This document shows, piece by piece, positions 52,029 through 59,457 of a stretch of 59,457 bases of DNA. The translations under genes were made by a program, and so were the position numbers. Source of the DNA: Catajapyx aquilonaris (Eukaryota); the NCBI GenBank assembly GCA_000934665.2, contig JYFJ02002301.1:1-59457 (forward strand), read 5' to 3'. The notes under the pieces were generated by a model, which saw only the letters and a list, made by a program, of their open reading frames with translations, was not told the DNA's origin and ran no database searches. Position 1 is the stretch's first letter, and each line of letters starts with the position of its first letter.

Positions 52029-52034
52029 AATAAA
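52029..52034 (+). terminator. Candidate polyadenylation signal (AATAAA) of OTUD6B
   Basis: AATAAA 18 nt after the OTUD6B stop, within the 28-bp gap to DNAAF6. Confidence 0.55.
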
Positions 52035-52038
52035 GGGT

Positions 52039-54454
52039 CTAAAAATTGACTGGATCAAGCTCTCTGTCAAGCTTCAGAACCACCTTCAGGGTCTCTGTGT
52101 CCTGGTCCCATTTGGCATTGCCTTCTTCAGGATGGATTTCATGGGGGAGAGGTAGACCAAGGAAGTAGGTTGGGGAACGCAGCTCCAGCCTGGTCTTGGT
52201 TAGGTTCAGGTCCAGTTCAGACAAGGTGGCATTTGGGAGTTTGATCGTCACCACAAGGTGTTCACAGCTACTTGTGCTTGCCGTTTTCATGCCCAGCTGA
52301 AAGATTGGAATAGGAAATTAGGCTTCTTTTACATTGGAGCATGTGGCATGACGACATAAATGTGACTTCAATTACAGTTTGTTGTTGCAGAGGTTTTCTT
52401 TCAAGTGAGAAAGAATATACTAGCACTATCACAGACTTACCCCTAGAAACATAGTTTCTGGATCTACATCCTGGCTGTATATCATCTTGTATTCAGGGAC
52501 AGTCCTGGGGTCTAATGTGTCCACCAAATGTTCTTCCAGCTTTACTTCACCCTCCCTCCATATAGTTTTGCCAGTTTCATCTTTGCCAGGTTCTTTGCTC
52601 TGACTTGATTTTGGCTTAGGGGCATAAATGTCACCTGGGCCTGGAAGTGGATAAGACATTTTTTTCTTCTTCACTATTCAGCATACCTGCCAATATGTGA
52701 TGAAATTATCACATATAATTAATCAGGCTTGCAGCAACATAAAGTGAGAATCATGAGCAAGTACCCCTTCTTGCTATGCCCCCTGACGGGGGATAATAAA
52801 CGGTTTTTATTAGCTCCGGCCCATTGCATATTTTGTTGTTGATTGCTACATGTTGCTTGTCTGTTTTGCAGTTTTTGCTGAAAGTCTTGAATGCAATAAT
52901 AATAATCCATGCAGTGAAATGCTTAATTCAAGTGCATACCAGAAAGAGACTGAAAATGGCTGAATATTTCGAGTTTTTTTGAGGGTTCATGACTATACAG
53001 GCACATTGTGCAGAAACATGGGTAAGGGTGCAGTTTAGAGCCGCAAAAGTCTTCCAGGTTTCTATATATTTTCTGAATCGACTCGATGAGATGAGTCGAA
53101 TGACACTATTCCTAGTGTGCGGAAATGCTTGGTGCAAGAGTAATTGAATTTTGAAATTGCAAGTAATAACAATGAATAAATGAAAATAAACAAGTGTTCC
53201 TTTGTTGAAACAGTTTACTCCCATTGTTGAGTGAACGAATATCCATGGTAATTTTAAACGTAGTTTGGGGGTTGTGTGTTCGCAGAAATACTGTCCGCCT
53301 TGTGGTGGCGTAGATGTGGGTGTTGCAGGGGTGTTGCGGATGTGGATGTGGCAAAGGCACAATAACGTTCGTTGGCCTGCGGCGCCACAAGACGGACAGT
53401 AAATGTTGCGGATGCAGAAACCCACAATAAGCGCCCAGCTCCGCTATCGCTCCGCAAAAACTAAAAATATCACGCACAGGCGACGTACCGTGCCTGGCAG
53501 GGCCACAAGACGGACAGTACTGGTGCGGTCACACCAACGCCTCACAGATATAACACCAACACAATCAGAGTGGGGCATGCCTTGAGTAAAACCTTAGGAT
53601 TCATTTTGTTGGCGGGCAAGAGGCCTTGATCAGTGGCCCTGGAGATACCAAGCAACCTCCCTCATTACTTCCAGGAAGGCTTGCCCAATTATTCCTGATA
53701 AGCACCGATGCAATGCCTCGGCCATGGACGCTCCTGAATGATGTTAAATTAAACTCCTACACTCTCGTTCTATGTCCAACGAACCAAGAACAACCGTTTA
53801 TTTACATCATTCAGCATCCCTCACAGCACGTTTCCACGGAGAATCACCTGACGCAACAATGGGAGTGAACAGTCTCAACAAATGAACACTTGTTTACTTT
53901 CATTTTATTCATTGTTATTACATGCAATTTCAAAATTCAATTACTCTTGAACCACACATTTCCGCACACTAGGAATAGTGTCATTCGACTCAGCTCATCT
54001 CGTAGATTCAGAAAATGTATAAAAACCTGCAAGATTTTTGCGGCTCTAAACTGCACCCAAGCCGAAACATGCTTCATAATATTTGCAAACCTTTCATGAT
54101 TTGCTAATCTGCAACATTACGAGCCTATTATTTCACTAATGTTCCAAATGACAACCCTACACAAATTGATACTTCTGTTCACATGGATGTAACATTATGA
54201 TGTAGATTTGTCAGAATCATTATGGAACATCATCTGGAGTTTCTTGTGGTTGTGAGAAACAATTATTCCACATTATATGCTCGAAATGGTATGAATACTG
54301 TATATGGTTATTATAATATTGATTATGTGATATACTCACCCATGGCTTGAACTTTATTTTCCCTCTGCGATATCTGTTCTTCAATCTCGGCATCGTTGCT
54401 GCCAGGATTGATCAATTCTGCCAAGAGGCTGATGTTAAAGCCTCCAGATTCCAT
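52039..54454 (-). CDS. DNAAF6: Dynein axonemal assembly factor 6 (PIH1D3), about 201 aa
   Basis: Exons 54454-54340, 52673-52441, 52296-52039 total 606 nt. Motifs PGPGDI, IWREGEV..DPRTVPEYKMIYSQDVDPETMFLGLGMKTASTSSCEHLVVTIKLP, LELRSP, and C-terminal RELDPVNF. Exon 1 and the exon 2 acceptor are less certain. Confidence 0.85.
53026..54058. mobile_element. 1.03-kb non-autonomous DNA transposon with ~200-bp TIRs (Kolobok-like termini)
   Basis: 53026-53228 is the reverse complement of about 53854-54058 (GGGTGCAGTTTAGAGCCGCAAAA...). Flanks GTAA / AAGC match TTAA only poorly, so the superfamily is tentative. Internal repeat GCCACAAGACGGACAGTA occurs twice. Confidence 0.75.
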
Positions 54455-55731
54455 CCTGATCAATCAGCTGATGCAGCAGGACTAAAATATGAAATTCTAG
54501 TCCTCGGGGCTCCTGCTTGCCACCAAATGCGTTTGTTGAAGTCTCAAAAGTGTCCTTAGCAACCTTTGATTGTTGGATCAATATTTACAGTGGGTGGACC
54601 AATTGGGATCTCTCGGAAAAGAAATATAGGACATTTTGTTGCATAGTATGGTATTCTACAGAATTTGTGGCAGTCAGAGAAGACAGTACCGTATATTAAA
54701 ATTACAGTAGGTTGTTTTTTATTGGGGATAAGAAACAATAATTCATAAGGTACCTTATATGAAAGAGGAATGACTTTTAGATATGCTTCATATTATACTA
54801 TTGTCTCCTCTTTTTTGTTGATTTTGTTACAGCAGCTAACAGGCAGGGCTCTCTGGATGAGATTTATTCTTGTTGAAATGTATAGCCTCCATTTCAGGCA
54901 ATCCTGGCCACTGTTATTAGGCCTAACTGTACAAAAGTTCAAACCGGTACCAGTAAAGAAATGCAATAAACTGTCACATAGAATGCCATGAAATCCGCCC
55001 TACCTCTGGTTATTTTTAGGACTGTCTAGAATTATTTTCCGAAATGGGAATAAGAGAACTCGAAGCCGCACTGTTCTCCTTTATCTTCAAATATCCCACT
55101 AACAACTAATGTAAGTCGTTTTTCTTGCCATCAACCCGAATGCACATCAGCATCTTACATAACTCGAAGTGTTTGATGTGTCCAATGACATAACATCGGA
55201 TAATAAAGTTCAATTTAACGAAGCACGGAACTAACTTGTTAAAACTATGCGCAGAGAAGTGAGCTGATGAGAGCAAGGTGGATAGCGGTGGATAGAGAAC
55301 GGGCATGTGAATGCGACCAAGATGGCTACCCGCAGGAGCAGAATAGCAGATAGTGATTGCAGTTGGGTCAACGCGGTCAAAAGTCGGATTTACCTCGCAT
55401 AAGTATATGGGATCTGCATCAAAGGTAGGAACTGTCGGTAGATGTAAAGCTTGGGTAGAGTGCTCATAGGACAGGTTTTAAATGGCTATTTTCTTCCCAT
55501 TCTAGATTTCTAGGCAAGTACACGTGGAAGGCATTGAGTGACCAGTGATTAGCAGCAAGCTTGACGGACACTGGCATTTCAGGGTGGGGTGCCCTTCACG
55601 AGCATGGTGCCACCCAATACACTGCCTACTGTGAGTGATGATGAGGCTGGCTTGTACAACACACAGTCACGCTGTGACATGCATGTGCAGCGCTTGCCCT
55701 CATTGACCTTAACTATATACACGTACTTATA

Positions 55732-56603
55732 CAGGATGATTCACTAGATAATTAACCCAGGTAAATGTGTGTAGTTTTTCAAGTAACAGATAAATTTCAC
55801 ATCAAATCTTACATTCAACATTACCATTGCTGGGAGGTGTTGCGTCACATGGTTCATGAGTAATGAAATGTGCATGGCTGTCTGGTGCCTATCAATCTTG
55901 TCAATTGATGCACTGTGCCTTTCTCAGGCAGTAGTGCTGTACTCTTTCTCCTTGAAAGCAGTATGACTTACACAGTTTCTGAGCGTGTTTCTTGTGGAAA
56001 CATATTGGGTGACAAAATCATTTAAAATCTGCCAATGTGAGTTTGTTGTGCAATTTGGTGGCGGGTCCCCTAGCAAGCAGTACATTTGGAAATTAGTGAA
56101 GAAATTTCAAGCAACAGTTAGCATCCTAAACCAGTATGCAGGAGGACGCCCTCCATTGTCAGAAAAAATAGTTGAGAGGTGCAGCAACTGCTACTGAACT
56201 CGCCGCAGATGTCATTGTGCAGATTATCACAAGAGACTGGATATTCCTATTCAACCTGTCAACGGGTGGCTAAGAAAGGTCGTTTTTCGTCTATGACTGT
56301 CTGACGGTTGCACATACAGGAATTGTGAGGGGTTTGTGAACAGTAAAAGATGAAGCCTTGCACTTTGGCAGACCTGGAGAGGAACATCAAAACTGCTATT
56401 TCCACCATTGATGAAGCGACACTATGCAGGACATTTGACAGTTTGGAATGGCATGTTAGACTGTTTCTGGATGGCGGCAGCAGCCACTTTCAGCACCTAT
56501 TGCATTGAATGTGGTAGGTTTAAAACAAATTTCAGTGTCTTCATTTGCATTCTGTACAGGTTAGGAAGCTCTATTTGGGTCCACTACCTAGTCAATTATC
56601 CTG
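55732..56603 (+). mobile_element. Internally deleted mariner/Tc1-family transposon with transposase pseudogene
   Basis: TA|CAGGATGATTCACTAGATA ... TACCTAGTCAATTATCCTG|TA. Internal remnants: N-terminal HTH ERVFLVETYWVTKSFKICQCEF..WKLVKKFQATVSI..GRP, frameshifted NSPQMSLCRLSQETGYSYSTCQR, and C-terminal GSSHFQHLL. The catalytic core is missing. Confidence 0.8.
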
Positions 56604-56729
56604 TATTTTGGATACTTATTTTATTGCTGTAGAGTGGGACAAATGCCTTTGTGTTGGGCTGGCCTTTAGATGAGAGAAACTTTCGAGATAATAACAGCCC
56701 TTCTTTTTTCCAGGTTGGCTGCTAAAAAA

Positions 56730-58635
56730 ATGTTGATGCCCCACCGCCTGCTGTGCACTAGGGCAGTTCCTTCTGCCTTACGCCCTTTGAAGTTACGCTC
56801 ACAGGTGGAGAAGTCCAAGGGACTCTTTGTGGACTGGAAGCGCGTACGCACCCAAGGTGGAAAAGGTGGAGATGGATGCATCGCCTTTCTCTCAGAATAC
56901 TTGGTGGCCAAAGCTGGACCTGGTGGAGGTGATGGAGGTTGTGGGGGACACATACTCTTCCAGGCAACCACCAATGTAGGAAGTCTGGCTCACATACCTA
57001 GCATACTCAAAGGGCATGAAGGAGGAAAGGGAATGCACCGGAACTGCTGTGGGAAGAATGGAGTTCACCTCACAGTCCCAGTGCCCCTAGGAACTGCCTT
57101 CAAGCCATCTGAGAGTGGGGAAACAGTGGCCGAGCTGTGGGAAGAAGGAGAAGTGTTTGTGGCAGCCAGGGGAGGAGCAGGAGGGAAGGGGAATCTGTAC
57201 TTTATGAGTGCCACCAATCAGTGCCCAGAAGTGGCCGAATATGGTGCAGAAGGGGAATCCATATTGTGGGAACTGGAGATGAGGATGGCAGCCCACTTTG
57301 GACTGGTAGGATTCCCCAATGCAGGAAAGTCCACACTGCTCAAGGCTGTCACAAGGGCCAATCCACGTGTGGCACCCTATCCATTCTGCACTGTAAGGCC
57401 ACAGGTAGGTCAGCAGTTAGTTAACAAGAAATAAGAGTATACAGGGTCGTCGGCAAATGGCACACAAGCTTCAGGTAGCGAGAGTCCTAGTGAAAAACCA
57501 GTATATGGAAGTGAAGGTCCTATTGCTCTACGGTGCCTGGTTAGAGCTCACGAGGCCTCCAAAGTTTGGGCCAAATCATGACATCACATCCACCCACGAA
57601 ATTCAAACACTACCGTATCGCTACTATATGCAGTACGTTTCCAGGCGCCACATCCTCCACATTTCCACCCAACAATGGAACCCTAAAAACTCGCTGGGAC
57701 GACGCCAGGCACGCGGCAGTTCTATTGTTGGGGGTAAATGTGGGGGATGTTGACATGGCAATGCCTGGAAACGTACCGCATACAGTAGCGATATGGTAGT
57801 GTTTGAATTTCGTGGGTGGATGTGACGTCATGATTTGGCCCAAAATTTGGAGGCCTTGTGATGACTTTGTGAGCTCTAACCAGGCATTGTAGAGCAATAG
57901 GACCTTCACTTCCATATATTGGTTTTTCACAAGGAATCTCGCTACCTGAAGCTTGTGCGCAATTGACCGACCACCCTGAATAGAGATGTATTTTTTGCAT
58001 GTCTTTTGGAAATAATTTTTCAATGAAAATAGCCACAGGAATTATTTCTGAATAATTGTATGCAACGAAAAGCACTTAATTTTTCCTACATATTTCTGGG
58101 TAACAAATGAGAGATATGTAACTTTAATTCAATGATCTGCATTTAAAATTATAAAATTGAGAGAACATTTCAAGCCATAAAAAATAGAACTAATGGATGT
58201 TCCCAGGTTGGTGCCATAACCTATGAAGATGGTGTACGTGTGCAGTTGGCAGATGTACCAGGATTAATCAAAGATGCCCATCGAAACAGGGGTATGGGCG
58301 TTGACTTCCTGAGGCACCTGGAGAGATGTGTTGGACTTATCTACCTTCTGGACCTTGACCCACTGGCAGATCTAGGGCCTGTGGAGCAGCTGCATGTGCT
58401 TAGGGATGAAGTAGGGAAATTCAAAATGGAGATGATCAATAGGCCAGGAATTGTTGTTGCAAACAAAGTGGATCTAGGTGATGTAGCAGATGGAATTGAA
58501 GAGACCAGAGAAGAGGCACAGAAGATGGGCCTGACCCATTTTAGCATATCTGCAAAGTGTGGAAAAAACCTGGCCTCTTTGTTGCAGCACCTACGTATTT
58601 TATTTGATACTCATATGAAGAAACCTGGAACTTAG
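56730..58635 (+). CDS. MTG2: Mitochondrial ribosome-associated Obg-family GTPase 2 (GTPBP5), about 367 aa
   Basis: Coding exons 56730-57404 (acceptor at 56713) and 58207-58635. Arg-rich presequence-like N-terminus; Gly-rich Obg fold ([35 protein letters not shown]); G1 [10 protein letters not shown]2 PYPFCT; G3 DVPGL; G4 NKVD; G5 ISAK. The start codon choice is tentative. Confidence 0.88.
57442..57978. mobile_element. Tc1/mariner-type foldback MITE in the MTG2 intron
   Basis: TA|CAGGGT ... ACCCTG|AA. Arms 57442 to about 57681 and about 57719 to 57978 are near-perfect reverse complements with two short indels. Confidence 0.85.
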
Positions 58636-59070
58636 CACATAGTAGTTAAGTGCCGGTGCACAAGTTTTTATGTTACAAGTTTTGGAATTGTTCTCATCAT
58701 GTTACACTTGATACTCTGTCCTTCAGTATAATCAGTATAATAATTTGGGTTGTGCGGATGTTCTATGAGAAATTGCATGGACCTTAATTTTTGTGTTATT
58801 CATTCAGCATGTTGCAAGAACACTTGTTTCGTCTAAATACCCTGGTCCATGGGCATGGTGTCCCAAGAGAGGGTGCTGTAAATTACTTTGAGAGAATAGG
58901 AGTGTCCTTATCACCAGACCTTTTCTCCTGGCACTGGGCAGAGAAGGTAGTGCCATTCTGCACTGACATGTCAGGTGAAAAGTGGAAAAAGACCTGGCCA
59001 AGTGAAGGTGACATCGTCAGGGTTTGAACCCTGCTCTGTCCATCATATTACTTGTAAATTCACATCTGTA

Positions 59071-59076
59071 AATAAA
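59071..59076 (+). terminator. Candidate polyadenylation signal of MTG2
   Basis: AATAAA about 435 nt after the stop, followed by T/GT-rich sequence. Confidence 0.4.
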
Positions 59077-59359
59077 GTTACACATATGGGGTTTAGCCAT
59101 TTATTTTAAGCAGTTACTTCTAGTGGTTAACAATAGTATTATCTGGTAAATAAATATTAGGTTGTGTTTATGCTAGATTGGGCCAATGATACTTTTTATG
59201 TGTACAGATGCCTTCTTTAAGGGGGGGGATAAAGAATAATTTAGGAGTAAAGTTCTCGCTAACTAACAACAGCAGAAACGATTTTTTTTTTGTGGAAGAA
59301 GGCGATAACGATGGCCTCTTACACATGTCTGAGGTACTTTTCCCATATTCTTAATATAG

Positions 59360-59457
59360 TACTAGCAGGTTACCCGGCGTTGCCCGGGTATGTTGGGGTG
59401 CTGGTAAAGATAGGGGTACATATCTGTGATAGATTACCTGCTTGTCTTATAGCGTAC
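59360..59457 (+). mobile_element. Probable terminus of a Helitron/Helentron-type non-autonomous element running off the window
   Basis: TACTAG followed by the hairpin TACCCGG-CGTTGC-CCGGGTA (59371-59390), a terminus pattern I recall from animal rolling-circle elements. The other end is not visible. Confidence 0.5.

Noticed and set aside
52928..54099. ORFs sharing FIVITCNFKIQLLL on opposite strands (likewise the HKLQVAR ORF pairs at 57457-58075)
   Set aside because: Artefacts of translating the two arms of inverted repeats.

Overview
AT-rich eukaryotic genomic DNA, most likely from an arthropod (inferred from the gene families and the short ~56-90 nt GT-AG introns; the organism cannot be determined). 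Six spliced protein-coding genes can be assembled by hand, with consistent intron phases. (1) A 5'-incomplete CG9095/furrowed-type membrane protein (F-type lectin, C-type lectin, 3 sushi, TM, His-rich tail; +, 9616-16431). (2) An S28-family serine peptidase (-, 17260-19411). (3) An SLC6 amino-acid transporter (-, 24013-43479). (4) OTUD6B (+, 47322-52010). (5) DNAAF6/PIH1D3 (-, 52039-54454). (6) MTG2/GTPBP5 (+, 56730-58635). The compact right-hand cluster holds at least eight inverted-repeat DNA transposon derivatives from several superfamilies. I did not find a convincing new biological system. The best leads are a foldback Mutator-like element whose FLYWCH-like exon, if spliced in, would turn the split catalytic Cys codon of OTUD6B into a stop, and the OTUD6B and DNAAF6 stop codons lying only 28 bp apart, which implies antisense overlap. 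All family assignments come from remembered motifs, not database searches.
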